A DNA stretch of 64,000 nucleotides from Cetorhinus maximus (lineage: Eukaryota), in the NCBI RefSeq assembly GCF_964194155.1, contig NC_135901.1, positions 22,010,001 through 22,074,000 of the forward strand, in the 5' to 3' direction. Below are positions 39,016-51,532 of the stretch, piece after piece. The notes beneath the pieces are model-generated. The model saw nothing but the letters and a program-made list of their open reading frames with translations, was not told where the DNA came from and made no database searches. A program made the position numbers and the translations under genes. Every line of letters begins with the position of its first letter. Positions within the stretch are counted from its first letter, which is position 1.

Positions 39016-39609
39016 TCTAACCTTGTTGTTAAAATTCCTCATCCCTGGAATCATTCTGGTAAATCTCCTCTATGCCCTCTCAGGGATCCTCACATCCTTC
39101 CTAAAGTGTGGTGACCAGCACTGGACTCAATACTCTAGTTGTGGCCTAACCAGAACTTTATAAAGGTTCAGCATAACTTCCCTGCTTTTCTTCTCAATAC
39201 CTCTATTCCTGAAGCCCAAAATCCCATTTACTTTGCTAATTCCTCTCTCACACTGTCCTGCCACCTTCAATGATCTCTACACATGAACCCCCAGGTCCCT
39301 CTGTCCCTGCTCACTCTTTAGAACTGTGCCATTAAGTCAATATTGCCTCTCCCTAATCCTTCTGCCAAAATGCATCACCTCACACTTCTCTGTATTAAAT
39401 TCCATGTGCCACTTCAAAGAATATTAAGGGGAGATTGCAGTATTAAACTGAACATACAGAGAAGAGGAGACACTGCTTTCTTTAATATGTCACCTACAAT
39501 CGAAGATGATCCCTCCCAACAAATGCATGTGAGGCTCATAGAGCACAGAAAGAGGACATTCAGCCCATTGTGCTCATGCTGGCTGTGCGAAAACCTCGTT
39601 TCATAATTC

Positions 39610-41034
39610 ATATGTTTTAGAAAATAACTTTCAGTTTGGGGATTGGAATTCTTTTAAATGTCGACAGATGGAAACACTTGGTTGAGAAATTGGTAACCAC
39701 AACTCTGATGTAAATGCACGTGAAACAAGCCTGCATTAATTACAGTCAAAAGGTAACATTTGTCGATTCAATAAGGTCAGAGTTGATTCTGAGAAAACTT
39801 GAACAATGAGTGACCCATTGTGACTTTTTATTGTTCACAGAAGGCAGTTTGCAGGCAGCTTGGTCAGTCAGCAGGAAGTGTGGATCCAGGAGCTGTGAAC
39901 CAGCTGTGGGGCTAGAAGCCTAGAAGGCCATTAGGAACTAGGGGTGTTCCTCATGTTTAAATCCCTCAGCAAGAAGGCAGTGAAGCCCACACTTGGACTG
40001 AGGAGTCCACAGTTTTGAGTCTTAAATAAAGTTGGAAGGTTGCTGAGCCAAAAGCCAATGGAAGGACCCCTGCAAAACCTTGGAGGTTGGAGAATAGTTG
40101 GAATACTGAGGAGAATTAAAGTGAATTCTGGAGAGCTTTGACATACTTTTGGGAAGGTCCCAGCAACAAAAGTGAATGAACCTTCAAGATATCATTGAGC
40201 AGAAGAGAACTGTTTGGGAGTCGAGGGGGAGTTAAAAAGTCGAACTGGGTTTACAGCATAAGTCTTTATAAACTATAGCATTAAATTCATAGTACTGGCT
40301 TTTAATTTTCTTTTGTTTTATATTGTTGTGGTCACTTTGATAAATGGACCACAGGAGTCTCAGGTACAGGTTTCGATCGTTTATTCGAGCAATTGCAAGA
40401 GCACCATCTTAATACAGCTTGAGACAGTACTCTGCTAAACTACAAGTATTCACCATATTTATACATTATTGATCACGTACAAGAACAGTTTCCAGATTCT
40501 GATCTCATCAACATATAGGTTTACATTAAACAGACATCTCTCTAGTAACAAAGGTACCAAGGTACAGGCATCATCTGTCCCTACTTTCACCCCCGGTGGA
40601 GACCTTCCCTCCCATCTCAACTAGGACCATCTGTTCTTTCCCAATCTGCTATAAATTGACCCAATCTTGGTTGTTTTTCAACCTAAGGCTCCGGTCTGAC
40701 TCCTAAGACACCCAATCTATCATATTTGCATTCCTTTCTGTTCAGCCTGGCCTTGCTGATGGTCACAGGCTCTGAGGGTGTGCAAGGTTCAGATTCCTCT
40801 CTGTCCAGCCTAGCCTTTAATCGTACTTGCAGGCACTGGCTGCTTGGATATTTTAAGTAGTCCATTCCCTTTCAATAAGTTCTTAATGTACCCCTATATT
40901 CCCCCCTAACAATATATACAGTAAAGTTTGTTTTTGTTTAAAAACATGGAATCTTGTGGTGCAATTCTTCCAGTTAATCACTGGATGTTAGAAATTCTCT
41001 TCAAACATTAAAGGTCTCGACTGGGATCATGACA
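39610..41034 (+). mobile_element. Long LTR-like element hosting a nested solo LTR
   Basis: Ends ..ctgggatcatgaca, with agtaaa near 40920; left boundary uncertain. Confidence 0.45.
40324..40911 (-). mobile_element. Solo LTR (588 bp) with ATAT TSD
   Basis: TGTT...AACA termini; atat at 40320-40323 and 40912-40915; minus-strand AATAAA at ~40382. Confidence 0.85.
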
Positions 41035-41039
41035 AAATG

Positions 41040-42610
41040 CACAAACAATATTTCAAAACAAATTGAAAAAGAAAAAATATGATTTTCCATATTTTGTACA
41101 AAGCATTACATTATAAGACACCCCTCTTCGAGGATCCCCAATAATTTCTTATTTCGAGCACTTCTTTTCGTGAAACAAACTGATAATTGATGATTAACAA
41201 CGGAACTAATTGTAGTCTGTTCCAAAGCAGGAGGGCGATCGCCCAGCACATAGGGTAATTTGGAATTTCTCCCATAGACCAATTGATAGGGACTATACCC
41301 TCCAGTCATCTGAAGTGAATTGTTTACATGAATCGTCCATGCCAATGCAGTTGTCAACTTGCATGTTTGGCTGATCAGCTAAGATTTTATGCAGTATTTC
41401 ATTGATCACTGCCTGATTCCTTCCACAGAGTCCATTGCTGAAAGGACTTTCAACTGCGGTGCTCATGAACATAGTGTTCATCTTTTCACGCACCTCTCTA
41501 AACTCATTAGTGAGTTCCCCTCCATTATCAGTCAGAAACTTAGCTGGTGCCTCAGGTCCAGTCCCTATCCATTTCCCATGATTTGGTCTGTAATCACCCT
41601 TTTGTCCTTGCCATGAATTGTTGGAGAAAGACCAAATCGAGTAACCATGTCTATAAGGCGTAGAATGAAAATACTTCTGTTTTTGTCCCATACCTTTCAA
41701 TCCATGGCAACTACCTTGTGAAAGTCACGTATCAAGGATAGGATGTGACGGCATATTCCTATACTTCTTACACATTTCACATTTTGCACTGACCTCTTCC
41801 ATGAGCCTCGTATAGTCTTCATCAACCACCCCTGCATCTTTTAGCAGAACTTTTAACCTTTGACAAGAAGGGTGAGCAAATCGTCAATTTGCTTTCGTTT
41901 CTCTGGTTCTTATCACCTGATTCCATTAATCATTCTCGAACACTCTGATTAGAAACATCAGGTATTGTTAAGGAGATATGATAATGTCCTGATTGAGTAG
42001 ACTGCAGATCCACTGACTTTCCAAAAATAATTGCCTTATCTTTCTCCATGTCCAGTTGCATTTGTGCCTTTTTCATGGAAGGTTTACTCAACAGTAAGGA
42101 CATCTCACCAGATATTACACCTGATAAAGTGGCTGACTCCAGCTATTTTGTGTGGAATCACCACTCTTTAGTAATTTGAATGTGTTGACATCACCAAACT
42201 GAAACAATGAGAACTTTCATACTCCTTAATCTTGCACCAATCCTCACTATGAGGTGAATCTGGGTAATATCTTCACCAATCTGACCCACATACTGTCGAG
42301 GTGCAGCCACTATCTATCGCCGCACAGTTGAATGAGTTTGTGACTAACACTCATCACTGGACCCAAAGCTCCTTATGATGAGCACAAATCCTTCAGAGTG
42401 ATCATTATCATCATTTTCAGCCTCAGAATTCTCAGTGTCATGTGTCACTTTGAAGACCCTGGTTTTCCATTTTGGGCAGTTCATCACATAATAACATTTT
42501 GAGTCAGAACTGAAACACTTGTTAATTGTTCCCCGGTTATTCCTAGGGTTCATTCACCTATTAGTGCTGTTCCAATCCTGTCTTTTGTTGTGATATCCAG
42601 ATCTCCTAAA
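41040..42610 (-). mobile_element. Ty1/Copia (GalEa-like) internal fragment: gag knuckle-protease-integrase-[RT deleted]-RNase H end
   Basis: 'KCFSSDSKCYYVMNCP' knuckle relic; 'CAAIDSGCTSTVCG' protease (~42285-42327); 'FAHPSCQRL', 'FLTDNGGE', 'ESPFSNGLC', 'GYSPYQLVYG' integrase; 'QLSVCFTKR..KKLLGILEEG' RNase H-like tail. Confidence 0.8.
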
Positions 42611-43170
42611 GATGCTTTCACCCTCATTCGAAAGCTGTCAATGTGGAGGCAAGGAGAAAACTGGGAGTTGAGGAAAGGAATGGTGGAGATGGTGTGATGG
42701 GTTTGGCAAGGTGATGAACTCTCGTGGAGAAAATTAACAGACAGTCTGTCTTCGGAGTCCATACGAGCGGGTGAGGGGGTGTTGGGTTGGGTGCTGCCAG
42801 AGCTGTGGGGGTGGGGGTGCGGTGGAGGTTTGGGGGGGGGATTGGCTGCCAGAGCTGTTGGAACACAGAAACAGTAGGGGACAGGGATCTTCACAACCAG
42901 AAAGGTACAATTTACAGGACAAACAGTGTTCCAGCACCAGGAAGCCCAGGACAGTTAACTCTCAAATACTGGAAAATTCTGTAAAGTACTGGATGGTTGG
43001 TCACTCTGGGATTTGGATTCCAGCCTGGGGAGGAGGGCGAGTGTGTGGGATGAGAATTTACTGCTTTGCAGGAACAAAAGAAGAAAACATGTTGCATAGA
43101 AACTAGAATTGTCTGTTCAGAATTTCTGTCCTGTATTTACAGTGATAAGTTTTGTAACCTCATTTTCCAG

Positions 43171-43262
43171 AGTATTAGAATAGGTGGATTTGCAGACAGG
43201 GGGCTCAAACCAAACATCACACCATGAACTGACAGAACACTCGATTCATCAGGACTTGAATG
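43171..43262 (+). pseudogene. ZNF last-exon stub (acceptor and leader only), cut by a CR1
   Basis: Conserved intron end 43040-43170, ttttccag acceptor, leader tattagaa..atttgcagacag..aaccaaacatcac..gattcatcaggac; CR1 follows directly. Confidence 0.75.
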
Positions 43263-44830
43263 GAAAATCAGCCACCTGCCTCAATAGCCACCTCTTCTAA
43301 GACCGTAGGATGAAGTCCATCAGCACCCGGAGACTTGTTAGCCCGCAGTTCCATCAGTTTGTTCAATGTCCCTTTCCTAATGATTGTAGTTTCACCAAGT
43401 TCCCCTCTCCCTTCCACCTCCTGATTTACAGCTATTACTGGAGTTTCTTGAATCCTCTATAGGAACGACAAAATGTTTATTCATTTCATCCACAATTTCC
43501 TTATTATCTACTATTAACTCCTCACTGTCACTCTCTAGAAGATTAAAACTCACTTTACTATTTTCCTTTTTAAACGCCTGTAGAAATTCTTGCTATCCGT
43601 TTTTACATTTCTAGCTAGCTTCCTCTCATACACGAATTTCTTTTTCCTGCTTCACCTTTTAATCATTCTCTGCCATTCTTTATATTCTGACCAATCATCT
43701 GACCTGCCACTCATCTTTTCGCAGTTATATGCGTTTTCCTTAAGTTTGATGCTTTCCTTTACTCCTTTAGTTAACCAAGGATGGTGGCCCTCTCCTGAGA
43801 ATTTTTCATTATAGTAGGAATATACTTCTTTATAGTAGAAATATACTTACTCTGAGTAGTCAGAAATATCCCCTTATATGTCTGGCACTGCTTCTCTATT
43901 GATCTATCCCTCTAGGCTCGTATCCGAGCTGGCTTCAGTTAGCTCAGCTTTCATGCCCACATAGGTGCCCTTATTTAAGTTTAAAATACTGGTCTTAAAC
44001 CTGCTCTTCTCCCTTAATAACTGGATGTAAAACTCGATCAGATTGTGGTCACTGCTACCTAGGGGTGCCTTTTCTCTGAGATCATTAATTAATCCTGTCC
44101 CACTGCACAACACCAAGTCCAATATAACCTGCTCTCTGGCTGGTTCCAGAATGTGCTGCTCTAAGGAACTCTTGAAAGCATTCTATGAACTCCTCATCCA
44201 GGGTACTACTGCCAATCTGATTTTTCCAGTTTATATGTAGATTAAAATCACCCATGATTATTGCCATCCCTTTATCACAAGCACCAATATTGCTTCTTTT
44301 ATACTTTGTCCTACATTGTGGTTGCTGTTAGGGGGCCTGTAGACCACTCCGACTAGTGACATTTTTCCCCTACTACTCCTCATCCGCACCCAAGCCGATT
44401 CTACCTCCTGATCTCCTGAACCAAGGTAATCTCTAAATATTGCACCAATGCCATCCTTGATTAACAGTGCTACCCCTCCACCTTTAGCTAGCTTCCTGTT
44501 CTTCTTGAATATCATATACCCCTGAACATTCACGACCCAATCCTTGGCATCCTGCAGCCATGTCTCCATAATGGCTATCATATTTATTTACTTCAATGTG
44601 AGTTATCAATTCATTTATTTTGTTATGAATGCTATGCGCATTCAGATACAGAGCCTTTAGTTTTGTCTTTTTGTTATCTATGTAACATTTCGTCTTGACT
44701 GTTGATGTATTCTTAGGTTTTTTTCCCTGTCCCTTCCTGCCATTCTCTAACCCTCATTTCCCACATTAATATTTTGCTCTCCTGACTTGACTCTATCTGT
44801 TGATGTACTACATCTACCCACGATTGATCC
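43262..44830 (-). mobile_element. CR1 LINE 5' ORF2 fragment (APE endonuclease)
   Basis: 'IAIMETWL', 'KGGGVALLIK', 'VGVVYRPPN', 'IIMGDFN', 'LGSSDHNLIEF'. Confidence 0.92.
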
Positions 44831-44929
44831 CTCACCACCTCCACCCCACCACCCCCCGCTTAGTTTAAAGCTCCCTCTACTTCCCCAGTTGTCCCAGCGC
44901 AGTTCATGCATAGACCGTCCCAACGATAC

Positions 44930-45150
44930 AGCCCCCATTTTCCAGCACTTCTTCTCCAGCCAATCAAATTGCTCCTTTGCTATGATGTTATGTTTGTTTT
45001 CTCGCGCTGTTTTCAGACTCCCGACGGCCTCTTCTCTCGCGCTGTTTCCCAGGTTCACTGCACATGCGCGTTCCCAGCAACCTTCTGGGTTCTTTGTTCA
45101 CTGGGTATCGGCTGTAAGATTTACACATTGAGTTTCTTATATTGTGAGTT
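44930..45150 (+). promoter_or_regulatory. Putative promoter/first exon of the 46.3-47.2 kb ZNF gene
   Basis: CpG-rich, agccaatc, acatgcgcg, two tctcgcgc motifs, attGTGAGT donor near 45144. Confidence 0.5.
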
Positions 45151-45604
45151 GAGTCTCTACCCCGCCCCCGACACCCACCACCCCTGATCTCGAATGGGAT
45201 GCCGGGACATAAATGCTCTGTCTGAAATTCACTGTTAATGGCGGGTGAACTACCCAGAACACCCCGCGCTATAGAAAGTTCCGTATCAATGACCAGAGGA
45301 GTCCAATGCGCAGGTGCAGGAGCAGCCCGTGCTCAGACTGCGGCTGGGCCCAAGGTGGGGCCCTGGAAACCGCGGGTGAAACGGGTTGGTCAGGGTTGAG
45401 AGGGGAGAGGGGTGGAATACTGGAAACCGTGGGTGAATAGGGCGGGGGAATTGGAAACCATGGGTGAACACAAGGAGGGGCGGGGCCTGGGCATCAGACG
45501 TTCCTTGAATCAAGTTCTCCCTCATGTACCCCCTGCATCTCTTCCCAAAACCTGAAATCTGTCCCCCTGCTCCTTGCACCATGGGAATTGTACAATGGGA
45601 AAAG

Positions 45605-45943
45605 ATTTTCATTTGTTTATGGGATGTGGGCATCGCTGTCTCGGCCAGCATTTATTGCCCATCCCTAACTGCCCTTGTTCAGAGGGCATTTAAGAGTCAA
45701 CCACATTGCTGTGGGTCTAGAGTCACACGTAGGCAAGTCCAGCAGATTTCCTTCCCAAAAGGACATTGGTGAACCAGATGGGTTTTTCTGACAATCAGCA
45801 AATGGTTTAATGGTCATCATCAGACCTTTAATTCCAGATTTTTATTGAATTCAAATTTCACCATCTGCTCTGGTCCCCAGAGCATTACTCTGGGTCTCTG
45901 GAATACAAGTCCAGTTTCAATACCACTAGGCCACCACCTCCCC
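45605..45943 (-). mobile_element. tRNA-derived SINE with the family-B LINE 3' tail
   Basis: Head ggggaggtggtggcctagtggta (A box); tail agttagggatgggcaataaatgctggcc matches the LINE family B end. Confidence 0.8.
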
Positions 45944-46683
45944 TTTGTTCACCTTATCTAAACCTTTCATAATCTTGTATACACCACCATCAAATCACCC
46001 CTCAATCCCTGGAACCATTCTGGTAAATCTCCTCTGCACCCTCGAGAAGAAGCCAATCCCCAGCCCCCATATGCTAGCAACCTGCATGAAGATTTTCAGG
46101 TCTCTGTGTCCTGTGTCCTGATCAGCATGAATTGGCACCATCAGGAGAATTGGAGGTGTGTATATCAGGTACAGCAGATTGAGAATGGAGGGAGAGTGTG
46201 TGGGATGGATAATTACGGGTTTTGGAAGAATGAGAGAGAAAAGAATATTCCATAGAAACTAGAATTGTCTCATCTGAATTTCTATCCAGTACTGATCATG
46301 ATGAATTTTGTAAACTCCTTTTACAGGATACTAGAAGGGGAGGAATTGCAGCCAGAAATCTCAAACCAAATGTCATGTCGTTATCTGACAGAGTTGCTCG
46401 ATTCATCAGGACCTGAATATCAGCAGCTTGTGACTCTAGAAGGAGAAATGTTTGTTCTGTCTGCTTCAAAATATTTTAAGCATCAATGTGAATGGAAAAG
46501 CACAGAGATATAAACTGAGTGAGAATGTCCCAGTGCACTGACTGTGGAAAGAGCTTTAATCAGCTGCACAGCCTGAAAAAAAATCACACCATTCACAGTG
46601 GGGATAAACCATATATGTGCTCCGTATGTGGACGAGGTTTCAACGGATTGTTGAGCCTGGTAAGACACATGGACGACCGCACC

Positions 46684-47190
46684 ATGGAGAAACCGTGGAA
46701 ATGTGGAGACTGTGGGAAGGGATTCAATTTCCCATCCCAGCTGGAAAACCATCGACGCAGTCACACTGGAGAGAGACCGTTCATCTGCTCTGTGTGTGGG
46801 AAGAGATTCACAGAGTCATCCAGCCTCCTGTCACACCAGCGCATTCACACCGGGGAGAGGCCGTTCACCTGCTGTGACTGTGGAAAGGGATTCACTCGAT
46901 CGTACAACCTGCTGATGCACCAGCGACTTCACACTGATAAGAGACCTTTTAAATGTTCTGACTGTGAGAAGAGCTTTAAAAGAAGAAATTACCTGCTCAC
47001 ACACCAGCGAGTTCACACTGGGGAGAGGCCATTCACCTGCTCTGAGTGTGGGAAGAGATTCATTCAGTCATCCCACCTGCTGGCACACCAAAGCAGTCAC
47101 ACTGGGGAGAAGCCGTTCACCTGCTCCGGGTGTGGGAAGGGATTCACTCGGTCATCCACCTTGCTGAGACACCAGCATGTTCATATGTGA
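46684..47190 (+). CDS. Intact 6-finger C2H2 ZNF (two degenerate in-frame fingers upstream from 46519)
   Basis: accATGG; six canonical fingers to the stop; acceptor at 46326; conserved 3'UTR. Confidence 0.85.
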   Translation: MEKPWKCGDCGKGFNFPSQLENHRRSHTGERPFICSVCGKRFTESSSLLSHQRIHTGERPFTCCDCGKGFTRSYNLLMHQRLHTDKRPFKCSDCEKSFKRRNYLLTHQRVHTGERPFTCSECGKRFIQSSHLLAHQSSHTGEKPFTCSGCGKGFTRSSTLLRHQHVHM

Positions 47191-48730
47191 CTGCAGAGAT
47201 TCTATTCTAATGTTCTCGCTGTTGTTAATTACAGCCAGGACTGGACCATGTTCGTTTTGACAGGAGCTCAATTGGTCTGTGTCAGTGTTTATGATGCATA
47301 TGAGCTTCCTCCAATTCTACTTCATCTCCACCCATCAGCAAAACCTTCTTTTATTTTCTCCCTCATGTGTACATCCAGTTCCCCCTTAAATGTATCAATG
47401 TTATTTACCTCAAGTACTCCCTTTAGTAGTGATTTCCACATTCCCACCACTCTCTGTGTAAAGGGGAAGAATTTTACAGACCTCCATTGGTGGATTTTCA
47501 GGCAGGGGGGATCTGTCAAATTGCCTGCCACATACCCACCTGCCCCCAACCTGTCTGAAAATTTACAGGCCCACAGGCCCTTGCTCCACTTGAGGCCCTT
47601 AGGCCGCTTCCCATATAGCTGCCATTTTAAGAATGGTGGGAGAAGATCAGGGACAGGGGAGGGAAGTCTGACAGCTTCCTGGGAGCTGTGGGTCTCAGGC
47701 AGTGAAGAGAGAGTGAGCGCTTCCCACACAGGACCCCTTCCCTGATCGGGAATCACCCCAGCAACTGCCCTACCCCCACCCCCTGAGTGCTCCCTATCCC
47801 TGGCCTTTCCAACTTTGTTTTCGAATGTTCCTGTGAAGCAGCTTGGTAAGTTTTATGACAATAAAGTCCCTTTCTAAACACAAATCACTATTATGTGCAT
47901 AAGAATTTTGAATCACTGGAACTGATTTCTCCAAACATGTGGCAGTAGCCACAATCTCCAAACTCATTTTCAGTGAAGTTTTAAAGTTCATCTGTTTGCC
48001 ACATTTTGCAAAGTTTGTTAAAACAAAATGACAAATTGAACAATCTATGTCTTCTGGCAATGCAGTTGTTGATGCTAATTTTCAATGATGCAGTAATGTT
48101 CAAATTTCCTCGCTGGTCAGCAAAGCGAAGCAGCTTTAGAGAATACAGAGATTAGGGCACAAGTAGAAGAAAGGCCGACTGCCCGGTGTTTTATAACCAA
48201 GAAAACAAGGTTGGAATACAAAAGTTCAGCAAAATTGTTCCCCATCCCTAAACACACACATACTGGTCTGAGAGAGAGAGAGGCCTTCAGGCCAAAGTGC
48301 ACAACAGTCTGAAAGGGAGCTCTCGCCAGTCATTGTCCACAGGAGTCTGGGGTTATTGGGAAGAGAGAGAAAAATAAAGTTTGTCCAGGACAGGCCTGAG
48401 CTGGAAGTTGACAGTGGATAATGGCCAAGATTGCGAACTCTGCTCACTCGAGCTTGGAGACGCTGAACCCCAGCTAACATCCTATAGTTGAGCTGAGTCC
48501 ATAGGTTGAACCTGGGAGTCTTTTGATCTGCAGAATTTGCTCAGAGAAATGCTGAGCCATTGAGGTTTTTATTCAAGCACTGCTTTAAGATTTTTGAATG
48601 AACTTGTTAATATGAACTGAAATGTTTAAGGTTTGGAAGAATCGTCCAAATAAAATTTTATTGAAGGCAGTGAAAGAAGCAGAAAAAACAATTTTATCAA
48701 TATGTTATGGTGTGTTATTTTTAAAAATAT

Positions 48731-50054
48731 TATTATGATCCCCACCTTAGGTTACCCCTGGACAAGCCTGATCCTGGGCTGGAACCCAGCTTGATGGATC
48801 CTAACTTTTATTTGTTTGTTTAGATACGTGTAGAGTGGTTACTGAACAGAGTCACTGAAGTCAGCTAATGAATGTGGAACAAAAGAATAAAGCATTTATT
48901 TAACAAGAAAAGATGAACTATATTACAATACTCCTTCATCCACAACTATACATTTACAGATATAGCCAGATTTGTAACGATAAGCTTCAAAAGCTATCTA
49001 ATACTCTAATGTACACAGTAAGTACAGTCCACGTAAACCAATAGGCAACCTGTGGTCAGACACACCATGCTCTGAAACCAAGTGACAGATGCCACCCCAG
49101 ACAGATGCTATGGATTTCTTCTCAACTCCCCCCAGACGCTTGTTACACCGTGAGACAAACAGCCTTAGTGAACTCCGTCTTTCACGTAAGGGTTTCCAAT
49201 CTCACTTTCCAAGAACTCGCTTTGGAATCTTCTCCCAAACCAACACTTTCTCTCAGATGCCTTATGCTAGGGTCCACATCCAGGGTTTTGAATTCTTCTT
49301 CTGATGATCCTCTCTCCTGGGTCACCACATGCATTCAAACTGTCTTCCATGCACTCTCTCTCTCACTGACTCAGCCATCAACAGTACACCACTGCTTCAC
49401 AGGCCCATAGTAAAGAGTTACAGACCTCCAGCCATTCTTTGGGCATTCTTGCCTCTTGTAAGCTGTTCTCTCAGCTTTTGTCTCTTTAAATCTGAAGCTT
49501 GGAGCCTTCCTCTCTGCCCCTCCCACACCCACCCCACCCCAACCCCCCACCCCCCGCGACCTTAACTTCATTTAATAGGACCATTTCCAGGTTCCTGTCC
49601 TTCTTTTGACTAGAAGGTCTGTTTGGGACTTTCTCCTGTTCCACTCCCCTGGATTTTGGGGACTTTTCTTTACCTTAGGACTGGCTATCTGTCCCCTTTG
49701 CTCCAATCTCTCCTGGCAGCTAATTTCACAACCAAAAGAGCTCAAACAGCTTCCAAATCAAATTGCTGTTTCTAGTTTCTTCTGTGTGTCAGTGGAAGGG
49801 GCCTGCCTCTCTGGACCCCTGTTGCTAGGCAACAGCCCAGTTTCTCTACTCTTGCTTGTTTAACCTAGTTGCAACAGTCGTAAAACTCTCATTAGAAATG
49901 CAGGCACCTTTTAAAGTGAAACTAAAACTCAATTTGACCTTTTCTTAACACATAAAGACAGAAATACAAATCAAACTTAAACTTTGAAGCTAAAACTCTT
50001 TCCTAACACTTAAAAATAAATATAGCTTACTTAAACTATCTCTATTTCCTAACA
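48731..50054 (-). mobile_element. Long solo LTR (~1.3 kb) with ATAT TSD
   Basis: atat at 48727-48730 and 50055-50058; termini tatt(probably tgtt)...aaca; minus-strand AATAAA at ~48810 and ~48897. Confidence 0.75.
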
Positions 50055-50489
50055 ATATGATTAAAAATATCCTACTGTATTGATGATCTTAAAGCAGGTG
50101 CCATGGGCAGGGGGGAGGTGAAATCAAAGCTGCACAGTTGGACCTCTGCAGTGATTGTGAACTGCACTCTCTGGAAGTCAACTGCCAGCTGCCTGATTTC
50201 TTCCAAGTCTGATCTATCATACATCGCGCTTTAAACGTGGTTTTTAAACTGTGCAACTTATTAATTGTGTGTCAGACGTGGTGCTGGATCACAAGCTGCC
50301 GGGTGAGGATGGAGGGACAGAATGTGGCGTGCGAAGGTCACAATGCACAGGGACAGTTCTGAGATTACATGTGGCCGGGAACGCAAGGCAGCTGGGAGGG
50401 CGGGACCACCCCTGTGGAGGTAGAAGTTGGAAAAATAAATTAAAAGGGTGGAATTCCATGATCCTACAATCGAAATTCATTTCTCATCC

Positions 50490-51470
50490 CTGAATTGCAC
50501 TGACGCCTGCGTCCACTATCTGGACAATCTCAAAAGGCGGCAATCATTAGGTCCTCTACTCATTGCGACACTGCAGAATGTTCGATTTGTTCCATCAAAG
50601 CTGCTGGAAATGACTGCTTCCCGGGAATTTTTTGAAGGCAGCACACACCTCACATCTGATCCAACAGGGAGTCTCTCTCTGAGAACTGAAACTCAGTTAG
50701 AACCAAAAGCTTGTGCATATGTGACACCTCAGCACAATCCAGCAATTTAAATGCTAACACTGAACCAGGCATGTGTAAATTGAATTTCTTCAATCTTTTA
50801 TATAATGTGTTAAAGTCCATGATCTGTTCCTCCATGGAATGACCATCTGATTTCAAAATCTATCAAAGTCTGACTATGCTTCATAGGAATCCACTAGATC
50901 ATCTTTCTTGTAAATCTCATCAATGAACCCGAATAGAAGGTCCAAACCTTCCTCAGTATCCAACTGACGGGCATCCAGCTCACAAAATACTTTGCTTCTG
51001 ATTTGACAAGTGACAATGCCAAGGCAATACCTTGTTTTCTCCTTGGTAGGGACATAACCCGTGTCCACATATCCACTTCATTCTTCCACTGGTCATATGG
51101 CCCAGACTCTGTGAACATCAGCGGCTAATCAGACGCTGACAATTCCCATTTGCTTTCAGCCATTTCTCACAAAAGCTACTCGGATTGTAACTTCTGTCTG
51201 AAATTTTATTTTCCTTAAATCTCCAACCTACATCATTAGACAAGCATTCTCAGTTACCATGTTATAATCCTGACAGCCTCAAGGTGAAGGAAGAAACAGA
51301 TGCAAATCTTTACTTGTATATATTTGTTCACAGAGTGAAACATTACAGATATATACCTCCTGACTTGACTCCACTCTATGTCAGTAAGTTTCTCTTTCCA
51401 GCCACTCATGCAACCATCTAATCAATGCCCTTCACGAGTAGACACTTAAACTGAGTTGATACAACTAACA
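50490..51470 (-). mobile_element. Copia (GalEa-like) 5' LTR, tRNA-iMet PBS and gag N-terminus
   Basis: LTR TGTT..AACA at 51260-51470; PBS tggtaactgagaatg directly inside; gag-like 'PYDQWKNEVDMWTRV..KQGIALALSL..SVLAFKLLDCA'. Confidence 0.78.
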
Positions 51471-51532
51471 CTCACAGTCAGAGCATCTAAAAGGTCACCA
51501 ATTTGTGTGACAGCCATGGTGTCTCAGCAAGT

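Noticed and set aside
45915-45943. tRNA gene-like A box (also ~55190-55240 and ~60315-60385)
   Set aside because: SINE heads continuing into SINE bodies; no full cloverleaf.
47794-48060. 88-aa ORF with CxxC, possible transposase fragment
   Set aside because: No diagnostic catalytic motif, TIRs or TSD identifiable by eye.
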